DNA of 64,000 nucleotides from the NCBI GenBank assembly GCA_043228905.1, contig JBHGNT010000011.1, positions 3,472,001-3,536,000 of the forward strand, in the 5' to 3' direction. Below the pieces are notes generated by a model that was not told where the DNA came from, did not search any database, and worked only from the letters and a program-made list of their open reading frames with translations. Source of the stretch: Azolla caroliniana (taxonomy: Eukaryota; Plantae; Polypodiophyta). Positions 1 to 11,968 of the stretch are shown piece after piece. Position 1 is the stretch's first letter. Each line of letters opens with the position of its first letter. The translations under genes and the position numbers were made by a program.

Positions 1-31
1 GGGCAAACTAAATTTATTCAAATGGCTATTA

Positions 32-442
32 GTGCATGCAGCATTACCACTTGGCAATTCATTGAAAGGGAATATATCACCCAATCTTAACCAATGTGGC
101 TTTTGCTATGCACAGCTCAGGAGACTACCAAGCATGCCCTTTGGTCTTGTCCCTTGGCTCAACAAGTATGGGCATAAAGTTCTTTGTTTATTCCTAACGA
201 TCAATGCTGGTTGCTTGATCTCTTGGGGAGCGGCGATGTGGGGAGTTTTACATTCCAGCTTGATGCTGTATGAGGCAGATGATGTTCACGAGGCCATGAT
301 GGTACACAATAGAAGATTGATATTAGTTAGTCCATTTCAGCAACCTCGAAAGCAGGTGCGATCTGTACATGTCTGGAAAACAGTGACTATGGTAACGTTA
401 TGGGCATTATGGAAACGTAGATGGATTCAAGGGCCTCAATGA
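32..442 (+). mobile_element. L1-type LINE ORF2 C-terminal fragment (zf-RVT-like region), inside a KEA intron
   Basis: ORF with ALPLG...C-x2-C and 'VWKTVTMVTLWALWKRR', typical of the plant L1 ORF2 C-terminus; degraded. Confidence 0.55.
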
Positions 443-1077
443 AACTATCGACTTCCATGGACCCTTTCTTGAATATCTGTACACCATGGCAGTATACCTC
501 ATCAAATTTCAAAACCCCTTTATAAGTTCCTATCTTTGGCCTTACGATAACTATACATCACTGTGCATAAAACGTTGTAAGCCGTTGGGCAGATAACTTC
601 AAGTTGTAGCCTTCGGGCATTTTTTCTTAATACTACTGAAGAAAATCTTTCAAGGAAAAAAAATAGACATAAGACATAAGTATAATGATGAGAATAGAAC
701 CAGATAGAAGAGTTTATCGTAATGATTTTTATTCTGTACTTGATGGTCTCATAAATGTCCCTTGATATAATATTTGAATTTGTTTCGTGAAAACGTGAAA
801 ACGTATGTCTATATAAGATGGCTTGATTATCCTCCAATGTGTAAAAAGTGTTTTGGGGTTGATCCATTCTATTTTGTTTTCCAAGTTAATATTATCAGTT
901 CAGATTACTCTATTCTTTTTCACTTTGTTCATGTTTAGGTGGGCGCAATCCAGGCTATACTGAAACAATGGGTAGTCCATTTATGTTTGTGCCATGTGGC
1001 ACGATCTATTATCGCATTTCATCATACCAACAACATGAAAGAGAGATGATGATGCAATGGTGTGGTCAGATCCAAAA

Positions 1078-1385
1078 CAGTACTTGTGTGTATCCACATC
1101 ACCTGCCATGTCTGAATCACAAAATCCTTTTAACTCTAATGGATCCTTTCCATATCATTTACCTTTGGTCCCTTTCAAATATGTCATGGTAGATCTGATT
1201 GCCTCCCATGAGCTCTACCTGGATTAGCCATGAACCTACAAACAACTCCAACTGCATGAGGAATGTCTGGCCGAGTGGCAACCGTAGCATACATAAGTGA
1301 AGTGAACAACAAGCTCTGATGCATATGGGAACATTCTTCATGTAATTGGCTGCATCATTATCTTTGGGAAAAACATCCTAAACTG
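1078..1385 (-). mobile_element. Degraded Ty1/Copia RT-RNaseH fragment
   Basis: Manual minus-strand translation across frameshifts gives YMKNVP..ATVATRPDIPHAVGVVCRFMANPGRAH..YLKGTKG..LKGFCDSDMAGDVDT. Confidence 0.75.
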
Positions 1386-1706
1386 ATTTAAACCGGTTTA
1401 GCTAAACGGTTTTGGCTTGAGCTGAGCTGTTGCCGATTCCTAGCTGTAAAAATCAGAATGAACTAGATCAAGAAGATTAGGCTTACAAGAGACACCAGAG
1501 TAGTAGGAATTCTTTACTTGCTTACCATATTGGCATTCATTACAAAAATCAAGTTTTGAGCTTTAAGCATGAAATTGTCAAAGTTGAGACAAGATTGCCT
1601 AGTCTTCACTTTGAATAAGTGGGAGTTTTGTTTTTCGTGTTTGTTCTATAATCCTTCTTTCACCATGGCAAATACATTAGCCATGTTGGGGTAGAATTCA
1701 GTAAAT

Positions 1707-2384
1707 TTGATGGCATTGGATTCGACTTATGGAAGGTTAGAATGGAAACCACATTTTACTTACAAGGAGGAAAACAAATCAACTAGTATCGATGATGCGA
1801 CTTGGAAACTGCTCAAACGTAAGGCAGTTGCCCACATTTATATGGCAGTGCAAATTAAGGGGCTGACTAGTGGTCATGAGGTATGGAGCAAACTGAAGTC
1901 TATGTACGAGTCAACCACTACAGTGAATCAAGTTCAACTGATGGGAAGGGTCATTGCTGCACAGCTTGAAGATGCGAAGTCTGCAGTTGAACACATTTCC
2001 ACATTTAATGGTCTACTCAATCAACTTCAAGATGTAGGATTGCAAATCTTCAACGACAAAATGAAGGCTATCTTTTTACTCATGACGTTGCCTGAAACTT
2101 TGGAGGTGCTTTCAAATAGTGCAAGCCCTACATTTGATGGAGTTGGAGCAATCCTCAATGAAAAAATTCGTCGAAAAGGAAGTGGGGAGTCTTCTAGTTC
2201 TGCCAACATATCAAGAGGGAGAGCTGTAACAAAGAATGTGTCAATGAAAGGATCCAGAAGCAAAAGCAAGGGGAAAGAAATCACTTGCTTTCAGTGTGGC
2301 CGTAAAGGGCATAAAAAGCCTGATTGTAGATTTTATAAAGAGCTTGAAAGACAGAAGAAGAATAAAAAAGAATATTCTTGTTAA
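1707..2384 (+). mobile_element. Ty1/Copia gag fragment (UBN2-like region plus CCHC knuckle), truncated
   Basis: WKLLKRKAVAHI..VWSKLKSMYE..LLMTLPE..CFQCGRKGHKKPDC; no pol follows. Confidence 0.8.
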
Positions 2385-3599
2385 AGTTGTACAGTCTCGT
2401 TTATAGAGCTGTACGACAACTTCTAAAAGAATATTTTTTGTAGTTTTAATGGGAACCTTGTACAAGATTCCACTCAGCATTAAATAGGTATTTATGAGGC
2501 CATAACTTAGCTGCCACATCAGTATTTAAAGCTCTTCTTCTAAGAGCATATTCTATGTATCTTGGATAGCGCATATATATATGTGTGTGTGTGTTTGTGT
2601 GCACTCCTACTTTGTATTCTTTTTTGAAATAGTAGGCTTTTGTTTTGCAGAACTGCTTCTATCTATTTCTTTAATCCCTCCTATGTGTTAAACCCCATAA
2701 TTGTTTTTAGCTTCTATATCTCTCCCTTTTTGATATTCAGAAAACTGTCATTCTATCTTCTACTTACACTTCCCTTGCTTCGGAGACCTCTCCATTCTGG
2801 ATCAACCTCTGCTAGAGATCTTCGAAGACAAAAGTTATAGTATATCTAACTAGAGAATCTCACATGTGCGAAAACCAGATTCTAGATTTGTTGTTCTCAA
2901 AGACGAGAGAACACTTAAGATGTAATCTCTTGTTTGGTCTTGTAGGCCATTTTGGCCTCTTAAAAAACGTTAATATATCCTTCTTTCTTTCTTCCTCTTT
3001 CTCTCTCTCTCTCTCTCGCTGTATCCAATTCAGATTTGGCAGACATTTCAGTAACACAGAAATGAGATGGCCTAGGTCTACAAAGGTAGGAGGAAAAATG
3101 GGAATAACCTTCCAACACTATGTCCTTAAAAAATACTGTGGAAAATAGCAGAGTTCCATATTACAACGGTGATCAGTGCTTTTCTATTCCATTTAATGAT
3201 AGGTCTCCACTGATGACTTAAAATTTGGAAATAAGATCATAGACATTGGTATTTCTCCATACCTTGCGAATATAGGTATGGAGAATGCAGATGCATGACT
3301 ATGAAAATGATTAGCATGTTGTAAATCATATCCGTCATTGGAATAGGTGCTAGTCAAATGAATATAAATCTTGGTTGGAATTTTGTGCTTATATGGGCAG
3401 GACTCCTATTATGGAAATGAGTGAACCACAATTTTTGCAGTGTTAACCCACAACATGTAACCTGTGCTTTATTGCATTATTGCATTAGAACCTGACTATT
3501 GTCATGAAAATGCAAGTCATTTTATGTTAGACTAACCATGTGAACTTTGTTGCATTTAAATAATGTGAGATTCTGAAATTTCTGAAATTTTGTTTGCAG

Positions 3600-5808
3600 G
3601 TAGGCATGTCGATAGATCCTCAGCTCTTCATATCTAAATTTCCCGTAATTATTGGAGCTCTAAGTTTGCTACTCGTTGGAAAAACCTTTATGGTGGCATC
3701 ATTGGGTCGGCTATTTGGCCTTTCAACTGTGGCTGCTGTTCGAGCTGGGCTTCTGCTTGCCCCTGGTGGGGAATTCGCCTTTGTTGCTTTTGGTGAAGCT
3801 GTGAATCAGGTATCCTAATATCTCAGAATTTCGATGCCTATCCTTCAATGCCTTTCTCAGAATTTCCTAAAATCTCAGATATTTATGAACTCTTCATAAG
3901 TGTGGAAGAAAATTTAGGTGCAAATTAGCTATAATGTGATGCTATGGCACTTCCAAAAATAAATTTGTGCTACTGTTGATTGAGTAGTTCTAACCCACGG
4001 TTAGTTTGAAGCATTACTTTTTGTTAATGTTGCAAATGTTTTCATCTATTGGGCCCGTTGCTTTCAATTGTGACTGCTTAATTGTCATTCAAAACCTCCT
4101 TGCACTCTATGCTATGTCACTTCCAAAAATAAAATTATGCTACTATGACTGCTTAATTGTCATCCAAAACCTCCTTGCACACTATGCTTGGCAGAGACAG
4201 AAAACACTCTGAAGTTGAAATGAGAACTGAAATTTTGGATTCTTTATGAGTCTGAAGGAAAATATAATAGTGAATATTAAATTTGTATTATCACATACAT
4301 TCGTTGCCTTATATACTGATGAAAGTATTGAAATCAAAATCCAATTGATCAATTTCATAACCCTGATAACAGCCCTTTTTTGTGTGCAGCGTATAATGAG
4401 TCCTAGTATGTCGTCTTTGCTCTTTCTTGTTGTGGGTCTTTCCATGGCTATAACACCATGGCTAGGAGCTCTTGGTCAATCTATAGCCTCTCGTTTTGAA
4501 AAACAGGATATGCAGAGTCTGCTTCCAGCAGAAACTGAGGCAAGGAAATAATGTTGCATTGGTTGTACTCTTTTGGTTCTTTATTTGAGATATATTTTTA
4601 AAATATGATCATGGCTGCATTGCCTTTTCAGACAGATGATTTACAAGGCCATATAATAATCTGTGGATTTGGACGTGTTGGGCAGGTGAGGCAATATGTG
4701 AAATTGCTCATTTAATGCATCAAATTTCAATCATACTGAGGGAACTTATCTTACCGCAATATTCTTACAGATTATTGCCCAACTACTGTCAGATCGTTTG
4801 ATTCCCTTCGTGGCGCTGGATGTTAGAAGGTAATGCCAATGTTTTCAAAAAGTTTCAGTTTTGAACCCTACCATCACAGCAGAAGTGACAAATGCTAGAA
4901 ATATATATCTTGCTTGGCAGTGAACGTGTGAGTGCTGGACGGGCCCTTGATCTCCCTGTATATTTTGGGGATGCGGGGAGCAAGGAGGTAGGTTTCCATT
5001 ATATCTAGGCATATACTGACATATTCTCATGTCTATTTTGAAATATCTGGTTTTAAGTACCTGGAATCCTTTCTAGGTATTGCATAAAGTTGGTGCAGAA
5101 AGGGCATCATGTGCGGTAATCACCCTTGATACTCCCGGTGCAAATTACCGAACAGTATGGGCTCTGAGCAAGTATTTCGCAAATGTGAAAACCTTTGTCC
5201 GTGCACATGATGTTGAACATGGAATTAACTTAGAAAAAGCAGGGGCTACAGCGGTATGTGTTTGGATTTCCACCTAATTTCCTTTTACATTTATGTTTTC
5301 GTATTCTCTATTAGGGAGTTAATTACATGATTGTGTTGATGGCTACAGGTTGTGCCAGAGACATTGGAGCCGAGTTTACAGTTAGCAGCTGCAGTTTTGG
5401 CACAGGTAAATAAGTTTGAAGTTTTACATATATTAACCAGTATCTGGATACTATCCAAAGCCATGATCTCATCTCTCCATTGAATATATGTGAATGGTTG
5501 CAACAGGTTCAACTTCCTGCAGCAGAGATAGCAGCAACTATTGATGAGTTTAGATCTAGGCACCTTTCAGAGCTTACTGAGGTACAGTGATGGAAATGAA
5601 AGCTTTTAAAAATGGTATTTCTAATTTAGGAAGAGCAAACTAATCAAGTGAGTTGTTTTTGCAGCTATCTGAAATAAGTGGGGGATCATTGGGTTATGGG
5701 TTTTCACGAATAATTGGGAAGTTGAAACCACAGACAGAAACTCTAGCTAAAGCAAAGTCGGATGATTCTTCAGCTAATGAGGCACAAGTAACAACAGTTA
5801 TTCTGTGA
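3600..5808 (+). CDS. KEA2: K+ efflux antiporter, KEA1/KEA2 type (CPA2 plus KTN/TrkA-N domain); 3' nine exons, 5' part lies upstream of the window
   Basis: Exons 3600-3809, 4390-4539, 4632-4685, 4771-4829, 4921-4987, 5077-5253, 5349-5405, 5507-5581, 5665-5808 splice in frame: VGMSIDP..LLAPGGEFAFVAFGEAVNQ..TDDLQGHIIICGFGRVGQIIAQLL..VYFGDAGS..TLDTPGANYRTVWAL..VVPETLEPSLQLAAAVL..TGA. KEA1 versus KEA2 orthology cannot be resolved here. Confidence 0.93.
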
Positions 5809-6600
5809 AATCAAATCAAGATTTGGCAGATTCATGATGATTTCTGATGATGGAGAAGCAGTCTGTAACTGGAAGGTGTGAAGAGGCATATTATTTTTGT
5901 AGCTTACTGAGATGGAAAGCTGAAAGCATGGAGCATAGTTGATGTCCTTGCAATCACATTTCACCGGAGTTTCTCTTGGTTTTTGTGTACAGATTATTAC
6001 CGATATGTTGCCCACAGATATGAGCGTGGTAGGTCAACACCACCCATGAATTCTTTTGCAAGACAAGGCTGAATGAACTTTGCTAGAGTATCTTCAGCTT
6101 TCATAGAGAAACAGCTCTGTGAATAAATATAAAAGCTGAGTCTGGGCTTTGCCCTGCGTACATGTACCAAAATGTGTACAATCGTGCTCTAATGATTTGG
6201 TAATCACAACTCATATTGTTTCTAATTCATATAAAATCAGAGCTTCACGTGTCTTTATTGGCATGTTCTTGGTATATTGCCATTTCTGTCATGAACATTG
6301 GTGTATGTTGTGTTGGTCCGACATTGAGTTCTCTGACCACAAGACCAAAATTGCACTATATTTGAATGGCTGGATCCTTTCAAAAAGCATTATTTCTTTC
6401 GGTTGGTAGCATTAAAGATCAAATGGGTACAGAACTAAATTCATGTGTTGGGGCCATGCAATGTGGGTTGTGAGAAGTAGAAGTAGATGAGGTTAGTAGA
6501 ACAAGTGTTTTCACATTTTGGTTCAACCTACACATTTTGGAACACTTCAAAATTGGATTCTGATTAGGTTTTGAACATTATGGTCCTAATTGATTGATAT

Positions 6601-6790
6601 AGAGTGCATTGCCCGTGGTCTCGATGGTGTGGCCCGTAGTCCCGATGTAAAAGGTATTTTCCCTTGATCTCGATGTAAGTTGGACACTTGCATGTAAAGT
6701 GATACTTATCCTCAATATCTACGTGACATAATCTACATATCCTTTCCTTTATGGGGACTCCATTAGTACAACCATTCTCAATCTCAAGTT
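6601..6790 (-). mobile_element. LINE ORF2 C-terminal Zn-finger fragment, similar to 9040-9230
   Basis: Minus strand reads ..EERICRLCHVDIEDKYHFTCKCPTYIEI..; nucleotide similarity to 9061-9190. Confidence 0.65.
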
Positions 6791-7075
6791 AGAGAGGGAG
6801 AGAGAGAGAGAGAGATTTTATTATCTTCTTCAGAGGTTAGACAAAAAATATTACATTTTGTGTAATTTTCGTGTAATACATGTGAGAGTGAGTGGCGACT
6901 CTCCATGTCCAAGAACTTTACCAATGAATGTTGCAATCGAGAGTGCACATTGTGGTTGTGAGTGAAATTCCTACAAAGATTGGGCTTGGTTGAAGATGTG
7001 TGCAAAGCATAGTGGAATATGATCAAAGGTAGAGCATTGGGGACTCCATTAGTACAACCATTCTCAATCTCAAGT

Positions 7076-7113
<38 letters not shown>

Positions 7114-7860
7114 ATTATCTTCTTCAGAGGTTAGACAAAAAATATTACATTTTGTGTAATTTTCGTGTAATACATGTGAGAGTGAGTGGCGACACTCCAT
7201 GTCCAAGAACTTTACCAATGAATGTTGCAATCGAGAGTGCACATTGTGGTTGTGAGAGAAATTCCTACAAAGATTGGGCTTGGTTGAAGATGTGTGCAAA
7301 GCATAGTGGAATATGATCAAAGGTAGAGCATTGTATCAAAGCGTGATACTCAAAATCTTGAATTTGTTTAATGCAAAGTGTGCATAATTGACCATTCTCA
7401 TCACTTGTGCCCCAACACCCCGTCTCACATTGCAATGCAGGTGAGCTAAGTCGCATGCTTGCTCACATTGCAATGCATGTGAGCTAAGTCGCATGCAAGC
7501 ATTGAGAGAGAGAGATTTTATTATTGTCTTCAAAGGTCAAATATAACCTATGAGACAAAAAATATAACATTTTCACGTAGTATATGTGAAAGTGAGTAAC
7601 AATTGTTTATGTTCAAGAAATTTAATAATAAATGTTGCAATCGAGAATGCACACCATGATTGTGAGAAAATTTCGTGTTTGGTCAAAGATGTGTGGAAAG
7701 CAGAGCTAGATGTGATCAAAGGTTGAGGATTGTATCAAAATGTGATACTTAATGACTCCTAAACTTGTTTAAGGCAAAGTGTCCATAATCTATTACTCTC
7801 ATCATGTGTGCCCTAGTGCCCTATCTCACATCATAGTGAGTGTGAGAAGGCCATTGAATA
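6752..7860 (-). mobile_element. Array of three LINE 3' ends with AATAAAA(TC)n tails, including a ~290-bp tandem duplication
   Basis: Near-identical units 6752-7037 and 7038-7331 plus a diverged third copy ~7504-7860; the LINE segment encodes LQCETGCWG..CTLC..EYHALIQC..FDHI; (AG)n on + at ~6790, ~7077, ~7504. Confidence 0.75.
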
Positions 7861-7949
7861 ATAAACAAGTTATTATAGTGCAAATCTTAAACAAGCACCC
7901 ATAAATTCCAAGATGGTGGAGGATATGTTACAAATAACAAAGATATAAC

Positions 7950-8230
7950 ATGGTGCTACATAATAATGTGAATGGGAAGCTTTCAAGAGAGTCATTCTCT
8001 CATACATAAACAAATTCTTTTCGGCCAAGTACACCTCGGAAGCGCATCAAGAAATGTAGTTCAAAGAAAAATGGTTTGATAAAGAATGCCAAGAAGCTCG
8101 AGTGTGTCTTATGAATTTGGATGCAATCAAGGATAAACAAAATTATTAAAAGCATTTGCATGAGTACAAAAGGCTTATTTAATGAAAGAGAAATATTAGA
8201 AATTACTCAATAATTTCTCTAAACACAAGA
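7950..8230 (+). mobile_element. Degraded LINE ORF2 internal fragment
   Basis: KKWFDKECQEAR motif typical of the EN-RT linker of LINEs; in-frame stops. Confidence 0.45.
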
Positions 8231-8899
8231 TAAAGCACATGCATATGTTAATCTTTGAGGGAATCTAAATGACAAACGTGTTGAGAGTTATGGTGACTCA
8301 ACTTTTATGGACTTGTCTATGCATGCATTGTAAGAACTCAAGTGAGCTATCAAGTGCCAAAAAGATAATATGTTATGGTTCTCTTTCACATATGGGGTTT
8401 ATATTATTGTTTCCTAGACTTCAAGAAAGAAAGAAAGAAAGATATATTAACATCTTCTCAAACCAAAATTGGCCCATGAGACAATTGGTTTATAACAAAA
8501 ATGGGGTATTTACCCATTCATCGAAAGTAAAAATAAAATAAAATAAAATAAGACTTAAGTTAAAGAGTTCTACTAAAAAACATGTTCTAGAAAGGAAATG
8601 GCTTCATACTAGGCCTAGTTTCATTTCCATCCAAGTCTCTTGAAAAGAAGCGGGAGCTCAAAGGGTTTCGATGTGGATGTGGCATGTGGTCCCCATGTAA
8701 AAGGTACTCCAACCATAGCTTCTAGGCGGCGTAGCTCACGTTCCCTTATCTTCTTAATTGTTTCTACTCCACGTGGAGTTGCTTTGAAGCCTGACATCCG
8801 AGGGCGTTTGGTTGTTCTTTGCTTTTCTACTTCAGCAAGGGAGAGGTTGAGTGGTGTAGGTGTGTCCAAATTCATCATCTCCCCTTGTTCCTGAAAAGT

Positions 8900-9230
8900 T
8901 TCATTAGTTACATGTTGGTGAATGTTAGAATGGTTATGGTTAACATTTTGTAGCTTATTCTTGTTATGTAGTTTTAGCTCTAAGATATACCTACCTAGTC
9001 TCTTTATATCCGGGGTATCTAATAGTTTGGAGAGGGTCCTAGTATGTCTTGGTATTTCGCCCTTATCTCGGCGTAAGTTGGAAACTTGCATGTAAAGTGA
9101 TACTCATCCTCTATCTCTATGTGACATAATCTACTTATCCTTTCCTCTCTAAGGACTCTATTAGTATAATCATTCTCAATCTAAAGTTGGTGAGATGATA
9201 TCCTAAGTTGTCCAATGGCAACCTGTTGTC
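8900..9230 (-). mobile_element. LINE ORF2 C-terminus, interrupted by the Gypsy A LTR
   Basis: VAIGQLRISSHQL*IEN..EERISRLCHIEIEDEYHFTCKFPTYAEIRAKYQDIL. Confidence 0.7.
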
Positions 9231-10904
9231 TGTCGGAATAGTAACCGACGGACATAAGCGAAGAAGTATAATAATATAGTAAAAGCGTAAGAAATGTATG
9301 TAACGGTTCACGCGGGAAGCGTGAACGGCTAAGAGACCCTGTGTATATAAAGGGCAGACATCCTCTGTAAGAGGTAGTGTGTAATTTTGGTGCATAGAGC
9401 ATTATTTTAATAGAGTACTATCTTCTCTATTTCTGTGCATATCTGTGGTTGATCTACTGTGTTCTTTGATTCTCTGTAGCCTATTGTAATCATAAGGGCG
9501 TAGGCGTAAGTGCGATTACTAGTGTGTTGTCTAAGGAGTTCGGTTGTAGTTGTCTCCCTTATACGCTACTAGGATATGAGGAAGTATCCCATTACGTATT
9601 ACGGTACGACAGTACCATTCTTTGCAACGCAGTCACCTTGAGGTCTAGGTCGAAGGACTGACCGTAAACCGTGTTCCTAATCGGTAACACTTTTGGCACG
9701 TTTGGTGATTTGTGTCTTCTTACAAACGAACAACGACGAATAGATGTTTAGTCGTAGACGTCCCAAAGAACCAACACGACAAGACCGACCAATCACAAGG
9801 TCCATCACACGCTAGGCAGTCGATTTCCCGCTCACCAAATACCCCGGTGACAAGCAGGAAGTTCGCTCACCACATAAGCATTGTGGTCTTTCCCTGATCG
9901 TCGTAGCGTCTAGCATGGTCTTCTCTTATCCCCGCTTCAACGGCGAAACAGACGTCGCAACCCACATTCGCCTGTTCCTAAATGTCTGGAATGCAAATCA
10001 CATGGCATAGAGACTCCCCGAAGAGGTAGCGCACCAGTCCAAAATGACAAAGTTCAAACTAACTCTGGATGGGAGAGCGGCATTTTGGCATTCGTAGATG
10101 GATCTGCCAGCAATCATGACCTTCGACCAGTTGCAGTTGGCCTTTCTGCATTTCTTTCATCGGAGGGTGCCGCAATGCGAAATCCTCGGGCAGTTCTATA
10201 CAATCAAACAGTTGTCGGCTGAGACTGTAGCGGACTTCAGTTTATGCTTCCAAAATCTGCGGCGGAAATTAGAACGGGGCCCGACAGAGGACGAGGTTTG
10301 GGAGACATTTCTGGCAGCTTTACGACGACCGATATGGACGACGCTCAACAACAATAGCGTGAAAGGAGAAACAACCGATATGGTCATAGAACGAGCACTA
10401 CAGCTCGAGCTAGACGAAGAAGAGGAAAGGTTTTCCATGTCCTCATTACGACAAGCGTTACCTCAGGATGAGGAATGACATTTTCACCAGGCAATCCAGT
10501 GCACGATTTGCCTCAATTCTGGGCATTCCGCAATGGAATGCAACATGCAAATCCACTACCCAATCTATCACTCAAAAGCACACACGATCGAGTAGTGTGA
10601 GTACAATATGTTGAATAGACCCACGCCCACAATACGAAGCATGGAAACACAGCGCCCACCTCGCCGTAATGAGCAAAGGCGCCAAGAAGAACGACCCCGG
10701 TATACGGATCGGAACCCATGCGATGATCAGCACTATCGGAATCGCCAGAATAACAACGATTCCGAGGAAGAAGAGTCGGAGGACGAATACTACCGAGGCA
10801 ACCATAGATATAATAAGGGAGGCCGATGCTACGAGAATTGTTAACTCTTAGGGCCGGACAATGGCCTAACACAGGGTGTCTACGGAAGACACTTCACCAA
10901 AGGG
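9231..10904 (+). mobile_element. Ty3/Gypsy element A, 5' part: LTR (~9231-9689), degenerate tRNA-Arg-like PBS (~9694-9708), decayed gag
   Basis: TGTCGG...GGTAACA with TATATAAAGGG; TGGCACGTTTGGTGA; gag YPRFNGETDVATHI..CTICLNSGHSAMEC..CEYNMLNR, homologous to gag of element B. Confidence 0.8.
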
Positions 10905-11272
10905 TGTTACGGCAACCGGATTAGACTCAACGCTTAATCCGACTTAATTAAGTTACTTAGCATGATCGTCTTTCATAATCACACGCGTAAGATATAACAA
11001 TTAAGACAGAACGACAATTAACACAGAGAGATAACAACGCTAAGCTTTTATTAATTAATGCTATCCATTACATTGTATCCGGGCCTTTAAATAGGTTTCC
11101 GGTCTGTATTACAAAACGGTGCCATCCGCACCTGTTCGGGATCGGTCCGGATCTGGAACGGCATACCGATTCCGGTCCGTCCGTCCACACTCATAGCTTA
11201 ATTACAACCACATTCCTACTACTTAAATAACTCTCCGTTTCCCACTCTGGACTCCTTTGTTGGCTGGTAACA
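10905..11272 (-). repeat. 3' LTR of Gypsy B (368 bp; alternative left end at 10877)
   Basis: Inverted termini TGTTAC/GTAACA; CCTATTTAAAGG, AATAAA and T-rich U5 in order on the minus strand. Confidence 0.7.
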
Positions 11273-11968
11273 CATGGCACGCCTGTGGGATAGTACCTTG
11301 TACGTCGAATCCACAAGCGACCCTGGCTATTCTTCGTCCAAAATATCCAGAATGCTTTGTTCGAGAGTCTCCAATGGTTCATCTGGAATTGGTTGTTGTT
11401 GTTGTTGCTTCTGTTGTTGCTCTGTTGACGTTTGCTGCGACGGGTCCGTTGGTGGCTGTTACGACTGCTCCTCCGTTTGTTGCTCTGACACCGGCGTCTC
11501 TGTCGTTGCTCCCTTCGTCGTAGTGGTCTCCGGTTGACTGGTTCCGGGCTGGGACTCAGCCGGCGACGGTTCCTCATCACTAAGGTTAACCGTTGCCGCT
11601 TCCCATGCTTTTTCTTCCCGAACCCGGGACTGCTCGTAGCTTTCAAATTGGATTTGAGTGTCCAGCCTATCATCGTCTAACTGAGCTACGAGCTGCCTGA
11701 CCTGCGCCAGCTGTTCATCTGCCAGGACTTGGAAGTCGTCGGCCAACTCGTCCCATATGGCGGTGAAGTCCTCGGAAGTCAACGTATAACAATCATCTCC
11801 TTCCTTCCACCGGTTTGCCACGTCTGCCCGTAGTTTTGTGCCCACTTTGTCCACCATTTTACGGAGCTTTCATCAATCAAATGTTTTGTCTGATTCAGCC
11901 ATGCCCAGAGGATGGACTGAATCCGGCCCGTTCCCAATTGCGATTTTGTTTCCGCCGCTTGCCGTTCC

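Noticed and set aside
520-867. 115-aa minus-strand ORF
   Set aside because: AT-rich intronic sequence with no recognisable domain
2379-3170. Possible LTR starting TGTTAAAG after the gag fragment
   Set aside because: No partner LTR, TSD or clear right end could be identified
8621-9091. 156-aa ORF as a host gene
   Set aside because: It begins out of frame within a LINE C-terminus and runs into unassigned repeat-like sequence
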